Below, in pieces: positions 1 to 11,999 of a stretch of DNA of 64,000 bases. This DNA comes from Psammoneis japonica (lineage: Eukaryota). The notes beneath the pieces were generated by a model that saw nothing but the letters and a program-made list of their open reading frames with translations, was not told where the DNA came from and searched no databases. The stretch is taken from assembly GCA_008632985.1 (NCBI GenBank), contig QPGO01000014.1, positions 572,289-636,288 of the forward strand, written 5' to 3'. Position numbers and translations under genes: made by a program. Numbering within the stretch: the stretch's first letter is position 1; each line of letters begins with the position of its first letter.

Positions 1-654
1 CCCCCACAACTCATCATGTCGTGTAAAGACTCACCTATATCGCAACTTCCTAGGGCCCTGTACCTCTCACTCACTGTGCAAAGTCTCTTGAAATTATTTT
101 AACGGTAAGGGTTCATTCGATACTTGTTTTACTTTTGTTCCGAGCCAATTGATTAATACGTAGATGACGAGTCGGAGAGATACTCATTTCATTCATATCG
201 AGATCTCACATCATGACGATCAAGTACGAGGCATTTGTATGATGGCAGGCACCAATCAAAAAGTTGAGCTATAAAAATGTGCGACACATTCCAGCTTAAG
301 AAATGCTCTCCCTTTTGTTCTGTTTTCAGGCTGCCCCTTATGCACGAAGAGGAGGAACTTCTTTCTAGATGCCACTTGGAGTAACGATCAGCGGAGGAGC
401 ACTGGCTGGAAAAAGAACGTCGTATTGAGAGATTGGAATAGATATGCAGCTCAAGCTGAAATCAAACTCCTCGATTGACCGAGGTCGCAATGAATGCCAT
501 GACCAGGAAGTGAAATAAGAATTCAACCTCTTGAGAGATTCGCAATCATCGAGAACCACAGAGAATATCGTAGCCTACATGCTCTGTACATCTGCCGTCT
601 GCGACACTGGACCATGTGTGTTTCAGCAAATAGTGTAGTTCCCCTAATATGAAT

Positions 655-3600
655 TTACTCCCCGGTCCCGGTGCCAATGAATGCCGAAATCACGTCGCAC
701 GTTCGTGACAAGTAGCCAAATCCAGGTTTGGAATTGTTCACCAACTGTCTCCTCAAGGATTCCACATTCACGTTACCAGTCATCAATTCAAGATCGACGT
801 CTAGTTGGCTGAAAGGATAGGAGTCAAGAAGGCCAAAGGTAGCCTTCAGCTTTGTGTTGTCCTTGTTGCGTCTGAAAACTACCGAAAACAGAAATTTGGC
901 GCTGGAGGATTTCGGTGCAGCTTCCAAAGAAGTCACGTATCGATGCTGAAGAGCAGTAAGCTCATTGGCGGTCATTTCAAGTCTTCCCATAACCCAACTC
1001 ACACGTCGCATGGACGCTCCAATGTCATGAGGAGACTCCAAGGTGTGCTGGGTCACAGATTGGAGAAGCGCCTCTACATGCGACTCCAAAAAGTACAAAG
1101 TGGAAGTGTTGTGCGTTTTCGCTCGGCGGTGTCTTGATGTTTTACGAAAGGATGCGGGCTCCAAGCGGGCGCGACAAGTGACTGGTGATGATCCCGACCA
1201 CGTATACGAGAGCACGACAGAAGTCTTGGGAGTCAAACCTCCGGTGAATAAAAACGAGACTTCAGATCCGCAAATCTTAAGCGGGGTCCAGCCATGCAGC
1301 TTGCTCAGTGAAGTGAAGCTACGCTGGCTCTTTTCGCTGCTCTCCTCGAGACTTGGTACAATGGTCGCTAGATCATTCATCTTAGATAGAATGGACTTCA
1401 TGTTCTTCGCCGATGCTGCTTCTGATTGAACTGACTCCAACTCCTTTCTCGATTGTTCAATTTTAGCTTCAATCTCATCGATTTCTTCTTGTATTTTAGC
1501 CGCCTCCATCTGTGAGTGCAGAGTATAAAATGTTCTTGTAAGTAAGGAGAGTCCGACGAATAATCCAAAATTAGAAAAACTAACACATAGAGTAGATTGT
1601 AGCACATACCTTTTTCCGCGCGAGACTCTTCCTTTTGGCTCTCCTTACGGCCCTTCCGGTCATCTCTGCAATAGTCTGACGCGTGTCATTGACAAGAGTT
1701 GTGAACGTTTTGATGTCATCCTCTGGTTCCCGAAGCTCGTCGGAAACTTCATTGAATGCCACCGTCATAGCATCCAGAACTTTCGCCTCCCAACCTAACC
1801 ACTCGTGTAGCGCAAAAGCTGCAGAGTGCCTTGATAGTTCGGTCAATTTGTCCTTGAGAGCATCGCTCAACGGACCACTAGACCGCAACGTCTCTTGTAG
1901 CTTCAGTACATTTCACTACTGGCTTCGACTAGATTCTGCACGTAGAGGTCTCCGTCGAGAAAGCGCTCAATCACCGGTTCCATATTCTGACAAGAGTCGG
2001 AAAGGAAAGTATTCAGAGAATCCGAAATCAACGGACGAGCAAAATCTTTCGTAAGTCCTTGAACAAGGACAATCGGTCTGGACTCGGTTTCGACGGGTGC
2101 TCCGTCCAAAGCACAAAATCGGCGGATTTCTTCGTGAGTGATGTCAATCTCTTTGCTCTCCTCCACGGACATGACCTTGTCAGCATCTTCTATTGAGGGC
2201 GATGAAGTCTTTTGAGTAATGGATTCAGCTTGGATATCTTCATTTTCGCCGCCGACAGAAGGGTCTTCAACCACGCTCCCATCTGAGGACAATGAGAATC
2301 GCCTCTTTGGACCGAGGCTAAACCGGTGACGAGATATCGAAGGAGGGGTCTTTCCTTGCTCATTCGTAGACGGGCTGTCCTCCATGACAAGCCTTTGCCC
2401 AACGCGACCAGTAGTGTCGACGTGGGTATCATTCAGAAGAGCATCCATAGATGGTTCCAAAACGGGTGTAGACGTCGAGACTATTCCATCCCCTTCAATA
2501 GCAAACGAGTCTCGTGTGTGTCCGTCTCTCATCAAGACTGCCTCCAAACTACCCGGTACTTGAAACGTATCATCTTCGGACCTTCCACCGTATGGAGAAA
2601 AGGCGCTGTCTACGGAATGGTTCAACGCATCCTGGCGAGGGCTCTGTTGCGATCGATTGACTCCCTCGGACGCCACAGTGAAATTCCCAGTTTCATCGCG
2701 ATCAAGCCCGAGGCTGATAGTATCGTCATCCATCTTCATGCTTGTCTCGATACTTTCGCGCCCCACAGAAAGCTGAGTCTGAGGAACGGACGCACCCATC
2801 CCTTCACTCTTGTCGTCGTCTTGCGTATCTACGGGGTCATCGTTGTTGGCCAAAACATGATTCGTGTCATCCATCTTCACACTAGTCTCAATACTCTGAC
2901 TTCCAACAGAAAGTTGAGTCTGGGGAAAGGATACATCATTCTCGTCACCCGTGTTGTCCTCTTGAAGATCCATGGGGTCATCTGCATTGGCTAAAAGACT
3001 CTTCATGTCCACCTCGAGTTCCATGGTTACATCCTCAGTTACAACCTCCTGGGAATCGTTTGCTACCATGGAGGGACGACTCGGTTCAGGCTGTGGTTCG
3101 GACTGAGCCCTGTTGTTATCATTGGTGTTTTCTAGCTGGTCTTCTGTAAACGACAGAGCAGCCACATGGCCGGTTTCGGAGTCCTCACTTCCTAGTTCCC
3201 TCATGTCACCAGTGGTGTCTTCCAGGTTTCCAGAAACGACGTCCCTAAGCATGTCGCCGACACCAAATTCAATGGTATCATCTTCGTTGTCTGGAGAGGA
3301 CGGGAAAGTTTTGTCAGAGACTGGAGATTCTTCAGTCATACCCTGAGAGTGACCAGGTTCAGACGATTTAGCCATACCGCGAGCCGGATCCGGTTGAGAC
3401 GATTCAGCACCACCCTGGGACTGGTCGGCTTCCAACGTCGAGGCACCCTGAGTTTGGTCGGATTCCACTGACGCTTCCGTCTCAACTCGGTCTCCTTCTT
3501 TGTCCACGGTACGAGACATTGGAAACAGTTGCTTGGATTGGGTGGATGTCAAGGGCGTTACGTTGGAGGAGGGACTGCCCTTGTTGTACTCGGCAACTTT

Positions 3601-5991
3601 GGGCGATCCAAACTTGACAACCTTGGTTAATAGCGATTTCCGACGCTTTTGTGATTCTCCCGTTTCAGTTCGTTTTTTCATGGCCGATGTGAGAGCACCC
3701 CTGGGAGTGCCTCGCGATAGTTTCGCCGGGGATCGCGCAGAGTCGTTGGTTGGATTTGAAGTGCTTGTCAGCGTTTCGACGGCAAGATTTAACGACCGGA
3801 GCTCCGCCGTGTTGGCCATGAGAGAAGAGCTAATAGAGCTGGTGCGCCTGGAGCTCAGTCGCCGCTTGGATCTTGCACTACCGGCAATGGAGATTTCTTC
3901 TGCGTGCTCCATGTGTATCTTTCTCTTTTTCGATTCACGAGACTTATCCTTTGGAGAGTTACTGTCTAGCAAGCCATCAAACAAGTCGTTTATCTCGGCA
4001 GAATCAATCGACAGTCGGCTCTCGTCGCTTTCAACCGTTTCTTCACAAATAATACTGTGATCTTGATGCGTGTCATTCGTCTCCACTTCCATCGACTTTA
4101 GCTTTTCAGCGCTTCGAGTGTGCCTCGCCGGTGAATCGACAGCAATAGGTGACTTTAGCTTTTCAGCACTTCGAGTGTGCCTCGCCGGAGAATCGACAGC
4201 AATAGGTGACTTTAGCTTTTCAGCACTTCGGGTGTGTCTGGCCGGAGAATCTTCAATCATGGGTGACTTTTGTCGTTTCTCAGCACTTGGAGTGTGCCTC
4301 GCTGGAGAATCAACAATGGGCGACTTTGCCTTTTTGGCTAGAGGAGAAGCAATCTTGAGAGACTTGGATTTTTCGGCACTTCGTGTATGCCTCGCGGGAG
4401 AATCAATCATGGCCTTTACCTCGCGTGGTGCAAGCCGGGCTGGAGATGCAGCAGCGAGTGACTTGGCTTTTTCTGCACTTCGAGTGTGCCTGGCGGGAGA
4501 ATCCACAGCCATGGGATTGGGTACTCGACGGGGGGAGCCCTGAAGCTTGGTCGGTGTCATTGGCTTCCGGTTTGGTGACTTGCTGGCTTGTGGCGCATGG
4601 TCAGGGGAGGCGAGAGGTTCATCCGGTACCAGTGGGGAATCGTCCAGAGCCGACTCAGGAATTTTCTTTTCATGAGATGGCGACTCGTTGTCCGGTACCG
4701 ATTCGATGGGTGACTCTGTAGCTTGTGTCAAGGGAACTTCAGCTGCTTGTTTTGCACTCCTCGTGTGTCGTGCAGGAGAATCCATTGCTTGTGGGTTTGG
4801 AATTCTCCGGGGAGGACCAGATAGCCTTGTCGGAGTCAATCGCTTCTTCTGTAGGGAAGCGGGCGGAGTCAAGGTTCCCATAACGGTACTACCAGCTGCG
4901 TCCTTGTCTTGTTGCTTGGCAATGCCTTCAAAAAACGCAACAAGGCTTCCGCCTTGTTCCACGTCCACCATGACGGTTGAGTCTTCGTTGGGATCCGCAA
5001 TTGACCAAGCACCGGTTTCGTTGACACTCGATTCGTCGTTCGCCAACGCGACCGAGTCGTTCCGTTTGGAAGAGTGATGCACTGCCGGTATTGAGGAGCG
5101 TCGGAGAATTAGAGAGGCGGAAGCAATTGAATTGAAAGACGCCATGCTGAGTCGGCGCTCCTTGGCTAAGCGGGCATGACGTAGATGCGGATTGATCTTT
5201 CGACCGCTCGATCTCATGGCTGGAACCGAAGGGCGCTCTGTGGGAGTCTCTCTGATATTGGCGGCTTGAACAATAGACGACGGTCCGGGCGTGGCGGGAG
5301 AATTGCCCGCTGCTGGGATTGTAGCACCTTGAGAAGAGTCATTGCCTTGGAGAGACGCGAACGGCAGGCGCTCTCCTTGAGGACTATGGTCGGGCTTGGC
5401 AGGAGAGGCCTTCTTGACAGATTCAGCAGCTTTCTCGGTATCAGGATTCTCCTTGGTGAGTTCTTCTTTCGCGACCTGCGCCGCTTCTTGGGCTTTGCTG
5501 TGAATCTGCGCCGCTTCCGAGAGACGCTGCCTCGACGTTGCCGCCAAGACATAGTTGGAAGCTGTAAGTTCCGTCGTATCACTTAGAACACTCCTGTTTA
5601 GTACGTCTCCACCCTCGCTGCTCGAACTGGTTCCCATACTCAACACGCTTGTGTTCATCGCGTCGGTAACATTGACTTCATCCATCGTTTCGTCAACCTC
5701 TTCCAACGACAGATCCATCGTGATTCGTTTCTTCTTTTTTGAAGATAGCGCCACAGACATTGGTGTTTGGGGAAGGTTGGAAAAGTAGTAGGCAGAGGCG
5801 GCTGCCGATCCAAGGTTGACGGGAGCGTGATGATGCGATTTCATCGGTGTCGTGAGTGGAGCTGCTGCTGCTGCTTCGCCCATGGTGTGGCGCCGCTGCT
5901 GGCCTTCAGTAGCTGCGGCTCCACTAGCCATACCCCCTTCACTTGCCCGCCCTCGGACCGGCCGAGACATGGGCGACGGCGAGTCCGTCAT
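655..5991 (-). CDS. KNL1: KNL1/Spc105-like outer kinetochore scaffold protein
   Basis: Long disordered S/P/acidic N-terminal region with SILK-like (TSAMKKR) and RVxF-like (KVVKF) PP1 motifs and MELT-like words (TMELEVDM, TIEFGVGDM). It is followed by a coiled coil (EWLGWE...) and a C-terminal globular region ending YPF...GFGYLSRTCDVI, as in the Spc7/RWD region. Probable ATG at 5991 (an upstream ATG lies at 6093). GT-AG intron at 1510-1609. Apparent 1-nt frameshift near 1911. Confidence 0.7.
4095..4790 (-). repeat. Seven coding repeats of DSPARHT(R/P)SA, with a 57-bp period in the last copies
   Basis: Visible in the translation and in the DNA, e.g. gactttagcttttcagcacttcgagtgtgcctcgccgg repeated at 4093-4250. 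Confidence 0.9.
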
Positions 5992-6491
5992 GGTGGATAC
6001 TGTAGTTTTTTGCTGTGAACGATGGTTTTTTTTTTTTTTGCCGCTTTGATGATCGAGCTGTCCGCGTTCTCTCTCGAAATGGGCGCGATGCACGTAGAAT
6101 GCTGTAGACTCGGTACATTGACAGATGACCGTTAGCTTTTGAATAATTTGAACGCACCGAATTTTGTCTCGTAGATTTATGCAGGAACGTAAAGAAAACC
6201 AACGAATATTACTTAAAGTTATTTGTGAATGTAGGTTTACATTTTTTAGAAACTTATATATGAATGAAGTTTATATTCCACAGATGAATACTTCCTATTC
6301 TACAGATCGAAGATTTGAATAAAAATTTCAAAAATATTTCGAAAAACACAGCCGCCCATCTGGTACAGGACAACCGGCGAGAAACTCAGAACAGCCCGAA
6401 GCCATGGCGATGCAAGCACTAATCGACTTGTGTCATTGCATCCACCGATTGAGAGCATGAAATGCTATTGTAAACCGCTCAAGAAAGAGTC

Positions 6492-8167
6492 ATGACGGGT
6501 GCCTATCGAGTTTGGCGTGGTGTGATTGCCTTTTCATTGCTGACGCTCATGGCAAAAACCGTTTTGACAGCCTTTTCGGTTTCAACGACAATTGTAGATG
6601 TCGAGTCAAAAAACAGCTTGCAAGAGAGACTGATAGAGACCACTTCAAATTTTCCCAACCACACCAAAGCTGGTGAAAATCGTACTGCTACATTTTTCTT
6701 GAAAAAAAGCTTCCTACTGGCAAATGACGGAGTTCCTCAGTCAATAAGCCGCAACGAAAAGAACGTTTCTTCTGCAACAACACCGCCGGTCGGAAACAAC
6801 GCAACCAAAATAAAAGTACCGGACAATCAAGACAATGAAAGCAAATCCAAAATTATCGAAAGTCTAGTTCAGAAAAAGAGAAAAGCTATCCTAGAATATG
6901 GTGTCAAGATAACTGTACTGCAGTTCCAAAACACAAAAAGCGCAAAGTGATTGACATGCGAGAATCATTCTCGAAAAAGCGACCAAGTAAGCGGCCCAAG
7001 AATCCATATATCGACCAGTCCATGTGCGTTCCCATGAGCAAGTGGCAAGTCCGAACACGAGAAAACTGCAACTCGATACACGAGATTGAATTGAAAGGTG
7101 CAAGTCTTTTGGGAACCGGCGGTTGGAGATCCGCTTGGAAAATTAAAAAAGCAAAAGTAGGTCCAGCGTCCAACAGAACATGGTCGTTTCCAGATGAATT
7201 TGTACTCAAAACAACCAAGTATGTGATTTGGTGTAACGTCTGCTGTTACTGAAATGGATCGTCTCACGAATTACACGTTTGTGTCTCTTGTTCGTTTCAG
7301 GTTGCAAGACGACTTGTTTGACAAGGAGACACATTATCGACATTTTGTGGACGCGGCAATCACAGGTCAATTGACGCACTCTTCTCATGTCGTAGATATA
7401 TACGGGTTTTGTGCCAATGCAGCTCTGAATGAAGTTGCGGAAAGAAAGTTGTCGTCTGTTTTTAAACTTCGAGAAGAGAAAGGGAATCCGCTATCTTCGG
7501 TGGAGCTACTGGACTATGCGTATCAGGTTGCTTCCAGCCTCAAGGATTTGCACTCTATCAATGGCAGCAGCATCCCTTCTGCAGCACACAAGGATTTGAA
7601 ACCAGCCAACATTGTCGTGTCGAAGGACGGAAGCCTCCGCCTGAATGATTTCAATGATGCCGAACTCATCAAACTCAATACGACAAGCAACAGCACTTGC
7701 GCATATCGGAGGAGACGATGGAAAGCTAATGTAAGCGATTTCAATTTGCACGTCTCACAGTATTGCTGAATGATGCCTGTACTAACAATCTTGTGGTTTC
7801 ATTATTTTTGACTACGCCTCTGCAGTATCGATCACCAGAGGAACTTTTCCTGTTACCCCTCTCGGAACGCGTAGATGTGTATGCCCTGGGTGGAATCATT
7901 TACCATTTGCTGATGAAAAAGCACCCGTATTCTGGCAAGTCTGATTCTGAAACCTCCAAGTCCATCGCCAAAGGTATCAAACCAAAGCTGTCGTCCAAAT
8001 ACAAGAAGACCAGCGATCGAGCCTATAAATTTCTCGTCGAGACAATGAACAAATGCTGGACGTACGATCCGAAACTCCGACCATCGTCAAGGGAAATTTC
8101 AGATTTGTTGAAGAAAGAATTGGTTGCCATTTCGCAAACAAATCTTACTTCTATTGATAAACATTAA
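6492..8167 (+). CDS. Ser/Thr protein kinase with an N-terminal transmembrane anchor (diatom-type)
   Basis: Gly-loop LGTGGWRSAW, VLK, catalytic HKDLKPANI, LNDFN, YRSPEE, DVYALG and CW...P..RP motifs. Introns at 7219-7300 and 7731-7825. A frame change at about 6840-6950 has no obvious intron. Confidence 0.85.
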
Positions 8168-9058
8168 TTTGTACCGCATCATCCACCTCAACCGAAAAAG
8201 GTTTTACACTTACAGTATCTTCTACGCTGATTCTACTATCCAGCTTTGTCACCTAAAATGTCGCATGTGGTTGCATCCCCACGCTTCATCCCGTGTGGAC
8301 CGTGACGGTGGATTTGGTCGAATGGAGCAGCTAACAAAGGCGCGCATTTGGTTACCTTTGCACAACAACACTGTGAGAGGCGTTACAACATCATATTAGT
8401 ATGTGGCTTTGTCAATGCAAGATTCAGTATTGCAATAGTGAGGACAACTCACCTACGCCTCAGAGGCTCGCGAGTTCCCTCGTCTCAGATTAGTTCCATA
8501 CGTACCCGCGTGCTGGGAGGATGGCGCTGGTCTATCCCTATACCGACGCTATATCGAGACACATCGTCCGATGGCACAAGCTGCGACTCTTATCGATTAG
8601 GCTCAAGACAACACCCGCCACACGTGAGATAGCTATGCAATACCTTGACGAGAAGATCGACTCGGCGCCAGTTACGATTCAAATTCCGGGCTAAACTCAA
8701 TTCTACAGGATGTACAGTACACAGTGTTGGTGTTCGTACCGGTAGTATAGTGTTTGTCCATAAGTACATGAAATACCCCCTTTTCTTGTTATTTATTGCA
8801 TGCTGTTAAGCGACAATGTCTATGTAAGTCACAATAGCCACAACTGATATACATTATTTCATGCATCATTATTGCCTCGGATTACTTGAAATATCCTAAT
8901 CATAGTGATTGAGATATTTCAGTATTGTCCTCCACACTTCGCAGGAAAAACGAATTTGGCGCCTTTCACAATACCGGCACCGACCAGGGCACGGACACCG
9001 CAGTAACTCATGTTCAACCCCCTTTTGAAACCTAAAAGGAAAACGCAACATCATCATT

Positions 9059-10487
9059 ATGCTAGGAAAGGGAAAGGATCTCATTACGACCTTGATCCTT
9101 GTTGGATTTGTGATCTTCGTGTTGTTCCAAAGTCAGGCTGCTACCAAAACAAGTCTCAAAGGAATAATCACGCATGCGGGCATCACGGATGCACAACCAT
9201 ATTCAAGCCGAAAATATCATAGAGACTCGCGTCACAGCTCATACGCATATTGCTTTGTAATTGGTGGTGTTAATCTCGATACACCGCTCAAACACCGAGG
9301 CTACATTCACAACATCTTGGTGTCGGCGGCACTTTTTCGTGAGTTTGGTTCGACTGCAGATATTGTGGCGTTTTTCCAACTCAGTCCTTTTCAGACCAGT
9401 GATTCCAAGACACTTCCAGAGAGAGATGTTCAAGCGTTGGAGGCTCTTAATGTTAAAGTTCGATACATTGAACCTTCTGAAACGGAGTCGTTTTACGAAA
9501 CTGTGATGAACAAATTCGAGATACTGACGCTCACCCACTACAAGCGCGTACTTTTCATGGATGGCGATGTGATTCCGCTAACAAATCTCGACTTCCTTTT
9601 CGATCTATCCATGCAAGGAGCGTTGAAGACAAATGTTATCATTGCCACTTTATTGGTGCCTGCACACGGAGGGTTCTTCATGCTTGCGCCAGAAGAAGGA
9701 GACTTTGACCTGATTCAAGAAATTATCCGAGAAAGAGAAAGTAAGCCATTCAACGAGACCAGTGGATTTGGCCACGTCATAGCTGCTTCTGATCATTGGA
9801 GGAGTCGAAAAGGCGAAGGAAATTTGTGGAATTTTCATGGTGGAGCGTCAGATCAAGGACTGTGTAAGTATTTGCGCACATCACCGCTAGATGTGTGCAA
9901 CAATGCGGTCGATACTTGCCTTTGTTTCTCACATTCTCCTTGATTTTTTTCGAAAGTATATCACTGGGTGAAATATGTCAAGAAACAAGTGAGCATAATT
10001 TACAAAAACGACAAGGTCGAAAATTGGTCGTCAGATTTAAACGGTACCGGTAACGTGGTTGAGAAACTCTCAAATCCATTTTTAGGGCACGCGAAGACAC
10101 CGTTGGTTCCAGGGGACTGCGGGAAGTTTATGTGTGAGATCAAGCATTTCACAGGAGAAGCAAAGCCATGGTTGAGCATGCCATTGCCGGCAAATCACAG
10201 CCGACTGGACTCTCCTCATCATCTGTGGTGGCACACTTTGAGGCAACTGAATCTCGAACTGAGCTATGGCTTGGATTTCACTAACTGGCGAATCGGCGAG
10301 AGTCCCAGTAAGTATGATTGTGTTACAAAAAATGATGGGACATTGTTTTGAAAGACACCTTGCTAACTTGAGTAATATTTTTGGCATGAAACCATTGCAT
10401 TCAGGGCTTGGGTTATATGCCACACGGAGAAATATAGAAAGCGCCGTGGCAAGTCGTCAAAAAGTAGCTTCTTCTGTTGCTAGTTGA
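9059..10487 (+). CDS. Glycosyltransferase family 8 (glycogenin-like), type II membrane protein
   Basis: N-terminal TM segment, KFEILTLTHYKRVLFMDGD (DxD), SDQGLLY and HFTG..KPW motifs. Introns at 9864-9956 and 10308-10404 restore the frame. Confidence 0.85.
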
Positions 10488-11214
10488 AGGTCAGCCATCT
10501 GCCATCTAAATACGAACAAATGGGAAGGATCTAGCCTGCATATTTCTCGATGGGAAAATGAGAAAATCCAAAATACCTCATTACCATCAAAGGAGATTAT
10601 CGCTTCTCTTCTTCATATCCGTTTTTCTACAGTCTGATGTGAAACAGCAAAATTTCAGGTAGGCTGAGTTTGTTACTTGATCTATTGTCTTGGGTATGTA
10701 TCGGTGACTTGATCTGTCATATGTATGGCTACACCAATCCATTGCATAGCCTAAAGAAGTTGGAAGGTTGCTCATGATGATGATCACAAGACATCTACTT
10801 CCATGAATTCGCTAGTGATCACACGTACTAGTAATTTTAGAGCATTTTGGGGGGAGCATGTATTGAATCATCGACTTGGATTCTGACGGCTCTCTCTCTC
10901 TCTAAGCTAGAAAGAGAACCTATCTCTATTAGAGAGTAGCTAGCTGGGGCCTAGAATACCGGCAGCAAAAAGGAGCAGCACAGGAGTTAAGATTAAAAGA
11001 CCAGGACGAGAAGAAGGGGCACACTTGTTTGTAATTCCGCAGTCCACAACTTAGAGGTTCCTCACCCCATGAATGGGCAGAGTACTACGGTACCGTACTA
11101 TGAAGTCTCTACGACCATAGATGAGTAAAATTCGTCTGATATGAACAAATACATATTCCTTGCTCTTTTCGAGCGATGTCCAGTTCTAACAGTTCTCAGG
11201 ACGCCTTGGCAATT

Positions 11215-11658
11215 CTAATAGTTGCCGGGGGCATTGCCAAGTACGACGAGCAATATGTACAATAAGAAGACCACAACAAAGCCAGCGCAGCATCCATTCC
11301 ATGCCATACGGGTTGGATAATTAGGTCGGTGGCTGTTGGCGCAAAACACCACACCGGAACCAAGGAGACCACAAAAGCCTTGCGCCAAGCAGCAAACCCA
11401 AAAATCGGACATTTCTTGTGCTTCGTTGTTGTTGGACGTGGACGTTTTGCTCACATCCATGGGATTGAGTTGCGCTTTGGAGGATTTCTTGTGCTGTGGA
11501 GTGCCCGTTTCCATTTGATCGACTTGATCCGCATCGTCGACTTGAGTCGTCGTGATTTTATCGCAAGAGACCTCACGCTCCACGTTTTTGGTGTCATCAT
11601 CGCGGACGGGAACATCGGCGTAGATTTCGCCATCTTTCGTTGTGCTTTTCGTGGCCAT
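11215..11658 (-). CDS. Small hypothetical membrane protein with two C-terminal hydrophobic Cys-containing helices
   Basis: ATG at 11658. Acidic disordered N-terminus followed by FWVCCLAQGFCGLLG and GCCAGFVVVFLLYILLVVL. Confidence 0.6.
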   Translation of the reverse strand: MATKSTTKDGEIYADVPVRDDDTKNVEREVSCDKITTTQVDDADQVDQMETGTPQHKKSSKAQLNPMDVSKTSTSNNNEAQEMSDFWVCCLAQGFCGLLGSGVVFCANSHRPNYPTRMAWNGCCAGFVVVFLLYILLVVLGNAPGNY

Positions 11659-11999
11659 GTTATATCTTTTGTTGAAGGTCGATTTGGAAATACAGCAAGC
11701 ATTAGCCCTTGTCGTCGTGACTGTGATGGCAAAAGAACAAGACGGTAAGTAACATCCAACATCACATCCGCGTTTCGTCGAGTCGTGTTTCAAAGCAAGA
11801 TTGGGTGTCGCGCGGAAAGCATGCTAGATACGGTAGTTCCTACAAAATATGCGTAGAAAATTCGTACAGACAGACCGCCACTGCGATGCTTCTGCTGCGC
11901 GCGCGCTGCGCCTGGGTCCTTCCTCCGCTTCATCCGGGAACTCGCTTCAACTCTTCAAAGTGAGGAGTGCGTTCTGCTTCTGCTCTTGTCTCAACCACC

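Noticed and set aside
365..559. 64-aa ORF
   Set aside because: Short, with a non-ATG start and no recognisable motif. It lies just downstream of the KNL1-like gene.
2326..5788. Several + strand ORFs, including repeats of ALRVCLAGES
   Set aside because: These are antisense shadows of the KNL1-like coding sequence.
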